Part shown: one piece after another, positions 1 to 8,876 of the stretch
Numbering within the stretch: the stretch's first letter is position 1
How the letters are laid out: the number at the start of each line of letters is the position of its first letter
Assembly (NCBI GenBank): GCA_044339705.1
Contig: JBIIVA010000001.1
Span: 1 to 56,944 of the forward strand
DNA: 56,944 nucleotides
From: Crocinitomicaceae bacterium
GTDB lineage: Bacteria; Bacteroidota; Bacteroidia; Flavobacteriales_D; Crocinitomicaceae
Direction: 5' to 3'
Position numbers and translations under genes: made by a program
Notes under the pieces: model-generated
Seen by the model: the letters and a program-made list of their open reading frames with translations, nothing else
What the model was told of the DNA's origin: nothing
Database searches by the model: none

Positions 1-2201
1 TGTCCTTGAACACATGGACCTCCACCATTTACAAAATTAGTACCATTGCAATCACTGAAAAATGACAATGGTAATGGAATAAAATTACCTGGTGTAGCAT
101 TGGATTCAAAAACCCTGTAATTTAATCGTGGCGAACAAACATTCGATGAATTATTTTTATATGTTTTAATCTCAGCACCTCTTAAAACCAATGAGTTTGA
201 ATTTTGTTGATGAATTCCAAAGTCTTGTTCAAACGTGTTGTTTTGATCTTGATTTATTAAATCGATCCCCGTTCCAGAAGTATTGAAAAATTGACCGTTT
301 CCTGGAGTCAAACAATCTTCAATCCATACTGCAGAGGCATACAAATCTATTGATTTAGTTGATATAGCGAATGAGCCAAAGTTATTATTAACAGTTGAAG
401 TAACGAATCCACTTGAAACTATGCCTTGTTGTGAGTTATTCCCTCTGTTCTCCCAAATCGTTCCATTCCACCTGGCAACATTTAGTTGACTAAGGGTATT
501 TAAAAGGGAGCACCCTCTTTGATCATCCCATCCTAGTGTGACAGTTACATTTGAATTACCGTTGGTCCTATTGATATTCCAATATTCGCATGGTGATATG
601 GTTCCGAGTCCTGCTTCACGAGAATTTCTATTGAATCCTTGAATGTTTGCGTCACCATTCACGTAGCATGCCGTGAAGTGGTCAGCTGAATTAGACGGAG
701 CAGAAATAGAAATCGGGGCATAATACCCACCGCCACCAATGGTGAATGTAAATGCGGTATTTCCTATTTTACGCAGAATCCCATTTACAAACTTTCCTTG
801 GCCTGCGTTTACAACGGTTGAACTTGAACCTAAAATTAACATTATGTTGTTTGTTGAACTATTACATGATCCTGTATTCAAAATACCTTGAACAAACTCA
901 AGGTTGCCAAGTAATGTTCTGTCTGCATGAAGAGTAACGCCTGCTACATTATTAACAACCAAATTAGTTGGGCCATTTGCAATTGGGAACTCAGGGTTTT
1001 CGGTGGTAATTGCGGCGGAACCATTGTAATGCAATGAAGCCCCTACATTATAAGAAATCACCGAATTATTTAAAAGTTCAATTGAACCATTTGTTCGGTA
1101 AAAATTTTGATCTATATTTCTTGAGTGTTGTAACTGAAAAGGCAGTCCTGAAGAATTATTAATTGTGAAAGATTTTAATGTATTACCTGCTGTAGGCCAA
1201 GGTGAAAAACCAGTGGGCGGCGTAACAGAACAAGTTCCACTGATTGAAAACTGTTGGATTGTACCATTGTAAATTTCATGAACACCAACATGACCCGTTT
1301 TTATGTAAAAGCGCCGGCTCACAGCTCCATTATGCTCCAAAATGGTTGAAAACGTTTGTTCGTTATTACCATCAAAAAAAATACCCGCCAAACAATTATT
1401 TAAACTAACAAAACCTCCCCAAGAGGCATTATCAGAAATAGTGTAATCACCACCAACATAAATATTGGTTATGGTTTCACCTTGATTGTTAATGCCATTC
1501 CACCCAAAAAGTCCTCCTGAATGAACTAGACTTCCATTAACATCTAACGTATGTGTACCCCCAGTGGTTCCACCATTTTTCAAATAAAATCCGCCTCCGG
1601 TTTGTTCGAATTTGTTTCTAACAGTCATCGTTCTACTTGTATTATCACTACTCAAAGATGTAGCTGCGCCTCCTTCAATAAGCACATTCCAAAACGATTG
1701 ATTCAGGTTTGAGGTAACGCTGTTTTTTATATTAAAAAGAGATCCATCTTGCCAAGTAATGTTTGGTATTGTTGAACCCGTAGAGTTGTGAATGTAGATA
1801 CCTGTATTTGAGCAAATTACGACAGGGCCTCCGTTTAAAGTCATCGAAGTTGTCGGAGAGGTTCTTTCGTAAGTTCCTGAAATTAGAAAGTCATCGCCAA
1901 GTCCATTGTTAATTGTTAATGTACCTCCACTTAAAATGACCTTACCGCCGTCCATAATGATTGTTTGATCAACAGAAACAGATGCATTAATCGTAATAAC
2001 ATGAGAATTTAAAACGGAAATTACTCCGCTGGCGGAGGTTGGTGAACTTGTTGCATTGATCCAACTCGTGCCGTTGAATGTCTCCCAAGTTGATGAGGCA
2101 CTCCAAAGACCGGTTTGTTTGGACCTGAAATCACCAGAAGTCTGTCCGTACAAAATCATCGCATTAAACAGTGTAAACGATAAAAAGTATATTAATTTCA
2201 T
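1..2201 (-). CDS. Large secreted Gly/Asn/Thr/Ser-rich surface protein (beta-helix/adhesin-like). Only the N-terminal ~733 codons are in the window; the 3-prime end lies beyond the left edge.
   Basis: Absent from the ORF track because no stop falls inside the window. A minus-strand ATG at 2201-2199 gives MKLIYFLSFTLFNAMILYGQ (signal peptide), then GDFRSKQTGLWSASSTWETFNGTSW. I spot-translated 2201-1980, 1320-1260 and 1000-1 and found no stops. The C-terminal part in the window carries a module (LLGNLEFVQGILNTGS...GKFVNGILRKIGNTAFTFTIGGGGYYAPISI) also seen in the 43699-45186 protein. Confidence 0.6.
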   Translation of the reverse strand, partial: MKLIYFLSFTLFNAMILYGQTSGDFRSKQTGLWSASSTWETFNGTSWINATSSPTSASGVISVLNSHVITINASVSVDQTIIMDGGKVILSGGTLTINNGLGDDFLISGTYERTSPTTSMTLNGGPVVICSNTGIYIHNSTGSTIPNITWQDGSLFNIKNSVTSNLNQSFWNVLIEGGAATSLSSDNTSRTMTVRNKFEQTGGGFYLKNGGTTGGTHTLDVNGSLVHSGGLFGWNGINNQGETITNIYVGGDYTISDNASWGGFVSLNNCLAGIFFDGNNEQTFSTILEHNGAVSRRFYIKTGHVGVHEIYNGTIQQFSISGTCSVTPPTGFSPWPTAGNTLKSFTINNSSGLPFQLQHSRNIDQNFYRTNGSIELLNNSVISYNVGASLHYNGSAAITTENPEFPIANGPTNLVVNNVAGVTLHADRTLLGNLEFVQGILNTGSCNSSTNNIMLILGSSSTVVNAGQGKFVNGILRKIGNTAFTFTIGGGGYYAPISISAPSNSADHFTACYVNGDANIQGFNRNSREAGLGTISPCEYWNINRTNGNSNVTVTLGWDDQRGCSLLNTLSQLNVARWNGTIWENRGNNSQQGIVSSGFVTSTVNNNFGSFAISTKSIDLYASAVWIEDCLTPGNGQFFNTSGTGIDLINQDQNNTFEQDFGIHQQNSNSLVLRGAEIKTYKNNSSNVCSPRLNYRVFESNATPGNFIPLPLSFFSDCNGTNFVNGGGPCVQG

Positions 2202-2482
2202 ATGTGTTTAATTATTTTTTAATAGTCAAAGGAATCGCCAATTAAATTCATACTTGTTTGTAACGATTTTTGTTTTGACTTGTTTCATAAGAGTAATTAA
2301 AATTGAAAACCAATTTCTAATGTCAAATTAATTAGAAAATAAAAAAGGTGCAAATTGCGAACAAAATTAAAAATATTTATTAACAAAACAAAAAGAGCTA
2401 AAAGAGTGATAGACAGGACAAACTCACACTTTCATATTTCATAATTTCTTTGGATAGGAAATTCTATTTTGTGATAAAGATA

Positions 2483-3778
2483 TTACTTGCTTTTTTCTGA
2501 CCAAAGTAGTTGGAACAACTTATTTTTATCATATTGCTCTTCTTGCTTTTCGGTATTGAATTTTCTTCCTGCTCGAGGGTCGTTACCAACGCCTGCGATA
2601 TAGGCCCAGTTTCCCCAATTAGATGAAACGTCATAGTCAATGAGTTGCGATTCGAAATAGGCCGCGCCAATGCGCCAATCTTGTTCCAAATCATAAATGA
2701 AATAACTCGCTACAATTTGTCGCATTCGATTGGACGTCCAACCTGTAGCTTTCAGTTCATTCATGGCCGCATTCACGAATGAATTTGGCGTTTTTCCATT
2801 TACCCATGAATCAATCAGTTGTTGATTTCGCGCTGATTTTCGATCAGATTTACCTAAAATACCGTGCAATTGAAAATATTGTAAAGGATGTTTCTTAAAT
2901 GAAAAACGAAAGAAATCTCGCCAGATTAATTCAAAGATTAACCAATAGGTAGAATCATTCGCTGTCACTTCTTGTTCAAAACGTTGCACCTCTTGGCATA
3001 CATACTTCGGGGACAAACAGCCCAATGCCAACCACTGCGAAAGTTTCGAGGAAAAATCACATCCTAAAAGATTGTTTCTTGATTCTTTATAATGTAATAT
3101 GTGTTGTTTTTCAAAGAGGTATGCATTCAAATGTTGCAGTGCCAATGATTCTCCTCCCAATATCGGAAGTGCAATTCGATTATCCAATTCAAGGGTATAA
3201 TTTAGCTTATTCAATTCTTGTAAATCACTTGAAATAATGGGGCAACTAACAGATTTAGGGGCCAACATAGGATATCTAACATTCGACTCTTTCTCAACAA
3301 TTTTTCGAAACTTCGTGAAAACTTCAGGAATCGATGACATTGAAAATGGCAAGTCGGAAGGATGATACATTGTGCTTGTACTGTATTCTTCGAAATCTAC
3401 TCCTTTGGTCAAAAGCATTTTTTTCAAACGCTCATTTTCCCTTTTTTCTTCGATACCAACCTGCTTTTTGGTATACACTTTGAAAATGGAATAACGACTC
3501 AAAATCTCCTGAATTACTTCGTTTTGATTTCCTTTTTTTACCAATAAATATCCACCGAGTGACTTTAAATTTTGATATAAATCCTCCAACACTTTTTGAA
3601 GAAATGCGCGACGAATATTCCCCATTCTGTTAAAGCCAAATTGTTGACGGTTCATGTATGCCTCATCCCAACAAAACAATGGAATTATTTCATCATTTTC
3701 TTTGATTGCCTCTAAAAGTGTTTTGTTGTCGTGAATACGTAAGTCGCTAGTAAATAAAACGATACCTATTTTCTTCAT
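2483..3778 (-). CDS. Cryptochrome DASH-type member of the photolyase/cryptochrome flavoprotein family
   Basis: 431-aa ORF. It has the N-terminal photolyase alpha/beta domain (IVLFTSDLRIHDN). FAD-binding-domain motifs are WLIFELIWRDFFRF and TGWTSNRMRQIVASYF...DYDVSSNWGNWAYIAGVGNDPR. It overlaps the upstream gene by 4 bp (ATGA). Confidence 0.85.
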   Translation of the reverse strand: MKKIGIVLFTSDLRIHDNKTLLEAIKENDEIIPLFCWDEAYMNRQQFGFNRMGNIRRAFLQKVLEDLYQNLKSLGGYLLVKKGNQNEVIQEILSRYSIFKVYTKKQVGIEEKRENERLKKMLLTKGVDFEEYSTSTMYHPSDLPFSMSSIPEVFTKFRKIVEKESNVRYPMLAPKSVSCPIISSDLQELNKLNYTLELDNRIALPILGGESLALQHLNAYLFEKQHILHYKESRNNLLGCDFSSKLSQWLALGCLSPKYVCQEVQRFEQEVTANDSTYWLIFELIWRDFFRFSFKKHPLQYFQLHGILGKSDRKSARNQQLIDSWVNGKTPNSFVNAAMNELKATGWTSNRMRQIVASYFIYDLEQDWRIGAAYFESQLIDYDVSSNWGNWAYIAGVGNDPRAGRKFNTEKQEEQYDKNKLFQLLWSEKSK

Positions 3779-5322
3779 AACATTTCTATTTGTTCAAGAT
3801 AGAATGAAGCTTGCATCAATATTGCCGATTGGTCTTCCGGGTTCATTTTCTTCCAAACATTCAACATCATACCTAATCTTGGGTTTGAATTGAGTTTTTC
3901 TGCATGTTGGTCGAAAAAATTCCAATAGAGTGAATTGAACGGACAGGCGTTTTCACCTACTTTTTTATCGTGTGAATAATGACAGTTTCCGCAATAATCA
4001 CTCATTTTATGAATATATGCTGCAGAACTTACGTATGGTTTCGACCCAACAATTCCTCCATCTGCAAATTGACTCATACCACGTGTATTGGTAATTTCCA
4101 CCCATTCAAAAGCGTCAATGTAGATACCCAAATACCAGTTATCAACTTCATCTGGATGAATACCTGCAAGTAATGCAAAATTGCCTATAATCATTAATCG
4201 TTGAATATGATGTGCATAAGCGTGTTCAAGTGACTGTGAAATAGCATGCTTCATGCAATTCATTTTTGTGTTTCCCGTCCAAAACCAATTGGGCAACTTT
4301 CGTTCGTGGTTGAAAAAATTCAAAGAAGCATACTCCGGCATTTTAGCCCAATAAATACCTCGCATGTATTCACGCCAGCCCAAGATTTGACGAATAAACC
4401 CTTCAATTTGATTCAATTCATAGCGCTCGGGCTCATCGTAATAAGCTTTTTCAACCCGACGAATAACTTCCAATGGACTAATGAATTTTACATTCATAGC
4501 AAATGATAGTCGTGAATGATACAAATACCAATGCTTTTCTGTCATCGCATCTTGCAGCGTTCCGAAAAGTGGAAGAGAAATGGAAACAAATTGTTCCAAT
4601 AATTCGAGAGCTTCCACGCGAGTCGTAGTCCAATGAAATTGAGTTGGGATAATGTTTCCAATGGTTTGAACTCCAGATTTCAGAATGTCATCATAAACCT
4701 CAGAACAATCTTTCGTTTTGAGTTGAGTTGTTAAGATATGATGATTCTTAGGGATTTTCTTTCGATTATCTTGATCAAAATTCCATTTTCCACCAATCGG
4801 CTGATTTGCAGAATCGACTAGTATTTGATGTTTTACACGCATTTTGCGGTAAAAGGTCTCCATCAAAAATGTTTTCTTGCCTTCGAAAAAGCTTTTAAGT
4901 TCTTCACGTTTTGTTAGGAAATGATACGAATCACTGGCAAAAACAGGTAACCCAATGGTGTTTGATAATGAATTTAATTCTTCATCAACACGATACTCGT
5001 CTGGAAGTTGGTAATGGATTTCTTGAACATTAAATTGCTTTGCAAGAACTTCCAAATTTTTCGCAAAAGATTGCTGATTGTCGCTATCATTAATTTTGAA
5101 ATACTTTACTTGGTGACCTTTTTCCTTCAATAGATCGGCAAACCTACGCATAGCATCAAAAATGGCAACGATCTTCTGGATATGGTGTTTCACATAATCC
5201 GTCTCGCTGCGAACTTCCATTAAGACAAAAAGCACTTTGTTATCAAGTTCATCAAACCAAGGGTGCTTTTCGTTGAGTTGATCGCCGAGGATTAGCTTGA
5301 TGGATTTATAGTGTTGAGGCAT
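3775..5322 (-). CDS. Fe-S cluster-containing photolyase-related protein (COG3046 / FeS-BCP, PhrB/CryB-like (6-4) photolyase family)
   Basis: Family motifs are GWREYMRGIYW and HHIQRLMIIGNF. The Cys pattern C-x2-C-x12-C (CGNCHYSHDKKVGENAC), plus an upstream Cys (MNCMKH), matches the 4Fe-4S ligands of PhrB-type enzymes. I prefer the ATG at 5322 (MPQHYKS...) over the track's TTG at 5346. Confidence 0.8.
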   Translation of the reverse strand: MPQHYKSIKLILGDQLNEKHPWFDELDNKVLFVLMEVRSETDYVKHHIQKIVAIFDAMRRFADLLKEKGHQVKYFKINDSDNQQSFAKNLEVLAKQFNVQEIHYQLPDEYRVDEELNSLSNTIGLPVFASDSYHFLTKREELKSFFEGKKTFLMETFYRKMRVKHQILVDSANQPIGGKWNFDQDNRKKIPKNHHILTTQLKTKDCSEVYDDILKSGVQTIGNIIPTQFHWTTTRVEALELLEQFVSISLPLFGTLQDAMTEKHWYLYHSRLSFAMNVKFISPLEVIRRVEKAYYDEPERYELNQIEGFIRQILGWREYMRGIYWAKMPEYASLNFFNHERKLPNWFWTGNTKMNCMKHAISQSLEHAYAHHIQRLMIIGNFALLAGIHPDEVDNWYLGIYIDAFEWVEITNTRGMSQFADGGIVGSKPYVSSAAYIHKMSDYCGNCHYSHDKKVGENACPFNSLYWNFFDQHAEKLNSNPRLGMMLNVWKKMNPEDQSAILMQASFYLEQIEML

Positions 5323-5657
5323 TTTGCAAGTATATTCTACTAACAAAGCAAGGGAAGGTATGTTTTGTGATAGATTTTTTTAGAAGTTCAAATCAGGTCA
5401 ATAAAGTCTTCTGCTTTTAATTGCTTAGCAAGAGCTCCAATATTATCAAAATAAATTTTTCCAAAAAAACTCGAAAATACAAAGATTAGATTTACAGATG
5501 TAAATATTACAATTGGGTACTAGATATAGAAGAATGTAACGAAGAGATGGGGGTCTATGCTGGCTATCGAAAAATGTAACCAATTAAAGTAATTGCCATT
5601 GTGTATGATTACATAGACGAGGGAATCAAAATATTTTTAATCTAAAATTTACAGGCC

Positions 5658-6824
5658 ATGAAAAGAAAAGCTCTGATTATGTTTAGTTTTCTTGCGACTT
5701 CATTATTTAATTCGGTAATGACATTTGGACAAAAAAGGACTGCGGAAAAACTTATTCAGCAACAAAATATCAAAATGCCTTATTATCAATTTAGTGAAAA
5801 CCAATTACAAACTTTTTCGATAGAAATGAGTTTCGGTTCTGCTGAAATCACGAGTCAGATAGCTCAATTTAAAGAAATAGGTGCAACCATTCATCGCGTG
5901 GATTTGGTTTATACTGATTTTCCCAAAGGTGCTAATCTCGAAGGGTTAAATTTGAAACGAATAAAAGAAATTGAGAAAATTCACCCTATTTTGGTGCAAA
6001 ATGATTTAATTCCTTGGAGAATTATTCGTCAAACAGCATGTGAAACAGAGGAGGAGGCTAGAACTTACTTTCATGGAATTGTGATTTATTTTCAAGAAAA
6101 TGCTCCTCGATCATTTGTCAAAGAAATACATTCCAATTTGAATAGATACCTTCCTAAAAATATGACCAAAGAATTGGCGAGAAAAATCATGGATACAATT
6201 GAAAAACCAACGGTAAATGAAGTTTTCACGCGTCAAAAAAAATGGACTAATGCGGTAATTATTGTGGATTTAACGACTTCTATGATTCCCTACAATGCAC
6301 AAGTGGTTCTTTGGCAATTGTTAAATACCGAAAAAGGTTTCTTTAAAGAAGTTGTAATGTTCAATGACGGTGATTCTGCGCCTGAAAAAACTAAAAAAGT
6401 TGGTAAAACAGGCGGAATTTATCACATGAAAAACATTAGCTTCGATGCTTTGCGAAAAACTTCATTCGAAGTATGTCAAAATGGAATTGGTAACAGCGAT
6501 TTTCCTGAAAATGATTTGGAAGCCGTTCTTTACGCTATTGACAAAAATCCGAAGGCCAGCGAATATATTTTAATTGCTCACAATGATGCTCCACCTCGTG
6601 ATATGTCATTATTGAGCAAAATCGCTCGACCAATTCGTATAATTCTTTGTGACTCTGAAAATGGAATTTTACCTGAATATCTCGAAATTGCAAGAAAAAC
6701 AGGTGGTTCTGTTCATACCATGAAAGAGGATTTATCGGATTTATTAAAAATGAAGGAAGGTGAAATCTTTTATGCAGGTGGCAGAAAATATAAAATTATT
6801 GGCGGAAAGATTAAATTAGTTTAG
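5658..6824 (+). CDS. Secreted protein with a C-terminal vWA-like domain
   Basis: 388-aa ORF with signal peptide MKRKALIMFSFLATSLFNSVMTFGQ. The C-terminal half reads like a von Willebrand A fold: VIIVDLTTSM (MIDAS-like DxTxS), ENDLEAVLYAI and ILIAHNDAPPRD. I do not recognise the N-terminal half. Confidence 0.5.
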   Translation: MKRKALIMFSFLATSLFNSVMTFGQKRTAEKLIQQQNIKMPYYQFSENQLQTFSIEMSFGSAEITSQIAQFKEIGATIHRVDLVYTDFPKGANLEGLNLKRIKEIEKIHPILVQNDLIPWRIIRQTACETEEEARTYFHGIVIYFQENAPRSFVKEIHSNLNRYLPKNMTKELARKIMDTIEKPTVNEVFTRQKKWTNAVIIVDLTTSMIPYNAQVVLWQLLNTEKGFFKEVVMFNDGDSAPEKTKKVGKTGGIYHMKNISFDALRKTSFEVCQNGIGNSDFPENDLEAVLYAIDKNPKASEYILIAHNDAPPRDMSLLSKIARPIRIILCDSENGILPEYLEIARKTGGSVHTMKEDLSDLLKMKEGEIFYAGGRKYKIIGGKIKLV

Positions 6825-7159
6825 CCTTTTGATATTGAATTCAATTTAGCCAAATTGAAAAAACTAAAGGCTTAATTAAACAACCAACATTTTTTAGATG
6901 GAAAAGAAATCAGAAGCAGAAAATAGCGGGGCAATTTCGACTTATTTTAGACGGTCAAAATGTTCCATATTTTGGTAGCCTATATTTGCGAATCTTCAAA
7001 TTCAGAAATAACAAGTGACTTTCTAACGTAATAATATTGCATCAATCATAATTATGTTTCATAAATTTATCTATAATCGAGAAATATTTCTAATTAATTC
7101 GGTTTATTATTGTAAATATTTTACCCCGAAAAGTTGTAACTAATTATTTAAAAAGCGTT

Positions 7160-7603
7160 ATGCTCAAAATGAACCCGATGAAAAAACTATTTTTGATTTT
7201 ATCGCTTGTGATTGTGAATTTAATTCATTCTCAAATTATAAAAATAAAAGTATTTGAAACGATCACTTACGATAGAGAGGACACTAAGGGATTAATGAGT
7301 GTAATTTATCAAACACCAGAAAATGCAGTATTAGAATCGGCGAATTGCGAATACGTTTTAGATTTTGGCAATAACACAATAAAATATTATTGGAATGGCG
7401 ATTTAGAGGCAGAAATGAGCTTCATTTTCGAAAAAGTTAGTCATCTATACATTGTAAATTTCGTTTATGAAAATTTTGATACAGGTGAAGGTATAATAGT
7501 AGATTTGGATCCTAGAAACGAACGGTTTATCTGGTTTTCAAAAATGGATAATTTGCACCATATCGAAAAAGGAACAAAATTTGAAATTGTGAAAGGTAGT
7601 TAG
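7160..7603 (+). CDS. Hypothetical small secreted protein
   Basis: 147-aa ORF with a hydrophobic signal-like N-terminus (MKKLFLILSLVIVNLIHSQ). The start could be 7160, 7169 or 7178. No family recognised. Confidence 0.45.
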   Translation: MLKMNPMKKLFLILSLVIVNLIHSQIIKIKVFETITYDREDTKGLMSVIYQTPENAVLESANCEYVLDFGNNTIKYYWNGDLEAEMSFIFEKVSHLYIVNFVYENFDTGEGIIVDLDPRNERFIWFSKMDNLHHIEKGTKFEIVKGS

Positions 7604-7679
7604 AAAAAAAATAACCATTATTTACCGCTCGCATAAGTCATTTAAATTAACCAACAATGTAAATAAAAATATTATACTT

Positions 7680-7985
7680 TTGAGATTAAAAAGTTATCAA
7701 ACTCTATCAAAATATATGACATTTCAAAACTATTTCAAACAAATTTGGGAAGAGAATGAAAAACGCTTTATTCAAAAATTGAATGATGAGACTATAGATA
7801 GTTTCAATAGAAAAGATAATTTTCAAAAATATTGTCAGGAGCCATGGCCCATTTTATTGTGGTGCCTATTATCAATGAATTCAAAAGGCGGGGTTGAAAA
7901 TGCTAAAACTTGGCAAGATAAATTCGATGAAATTTTAAAATTAATTGACCCAAAAAGTGGAAAAACCGCTAACAATCGGTGTTGA
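7680..7985 (+). CDS. Hypothetical protein (weak call)
   Basis: 101-aa ORF that begins at a TTG, with the first ATG at 7716. It has no recognisable motifs and overlaps the start of the next ORF by 41 nt. It may be non-coding debris from a rearrangement. Confidence 0.2.
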   Translation: MRLKSYQTLSKYMTFQNYFKQIWEENEKRFIQKLNDETIDSFNRKDNFQKYCQEPWPILLWCLLSMNSKGGVENAKTWQDKFDEILKLIDPKSGKTANNRC

Positions 7986-8703
7986 TTCTTTCTTCGTTTA
8001 TAAAGAAAGTAATGTGTCGAATGTTTACACCAAAATTGGTGCAACGAATTACAATGATTTAGCCGTATTTTTGGATGTAAATTCAAACCCAGCCATTCAA
8101 GCGTATCGCTACAAAATTTCCGATCTGGACACGTGTGGTGTGGAAACCAATGTTGGTGATTTTCACAAAACCATTCACCTAAGCATCAACCAAGGAGTTG
8201 GAAATTCGTGGAATTTGATTTGGAGCCACTACGAAGGTTTAACTTTTGGAAGTTACAACATCTACCGCGGAACGGATCTTTCGAATATCAGCTTGCTGAC
8301 GACCATTCAAAGCAACTTGAATTCTTACACTGATTTGACACCTCCAAGCGGTGCAGTTTATTACCAAATTGAAATCGTGAATCCTTCAGATTGCGATCCT
8401 ACAAAAAGCCTAAATTACGGCGTTTCGCGTTCAAATATTGTAAACAATGTACAGGTTGGTTTAACTGAATCGGTATTGTCAACCATTCAAATTTATCCAA
8501 CCCCAACAAACGATAAGTTTACTTTGGATGTTTCTATCGATTTATTAGGCAAATCATACGCTCTAACAGATTTCTCAGGACGGATTATTCAAGAAGATAA
8601 AATCAATTCATTGAAACAACAAGTCAACATAGAAAAAGTATCGATAGGCACTTATTTCTTAAAAGTTGAAGGAAACAAAGCAATCAAGATTGTAAAACAA
8701 TAA
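7945..8703 (+). pseudogene. 5-prime-truncated remnant of a T9SS (type A CTD) cargo gene
   Basis: The C-terminal ~75 aa is a typical Por secretion tail (IQIYPTPTNDKFTLDVS...GTYFLKVEGNKAIKIVKQ), preceded by an FN3-like domain. The frame opens directly after a TAA at 7942-7944 and starts at a TTG. There is no signal peptide, so Sec export and therefore T9SS targeting would fail. Confidence 0.5.
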
Positions 8704-8862
8704 GTTTAAATGCAAATATTCATCTCCCATCAACATCATTTGGCGGGAGTTTTTTATTTACAAAATATCATTCCGAGACCCATTTTTCGTATAATTTTCG
8801 ATTCAATTCCAAAATAAAACGTTTTTTTTTCGATTTCATTCCAAAATAATACGAAAATTGAT

Positions 8863-8870
8863 TAATTTTG
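8863..8870 (+). promoter_or_regulatory. Candidate Bacteroidota -7 promoter box (TAATTTTG)
   Basis: Matches the TAnnTTTG consensus and ends 6 nt before the ATG at 8877, which implies a very short or absent leader. Confidence 0.3.
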
Positions 8871-8876
8871 CTCGAA

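Noticed and set aside
6898-6981. 27-codon ORF (MEKKSEAENSGAISTYFRRSKCSIFW) in the 6825-7159 spacer
   Set aside because: It is too short, has no motif and no promoter box, and could not be judged for conservation from one window.
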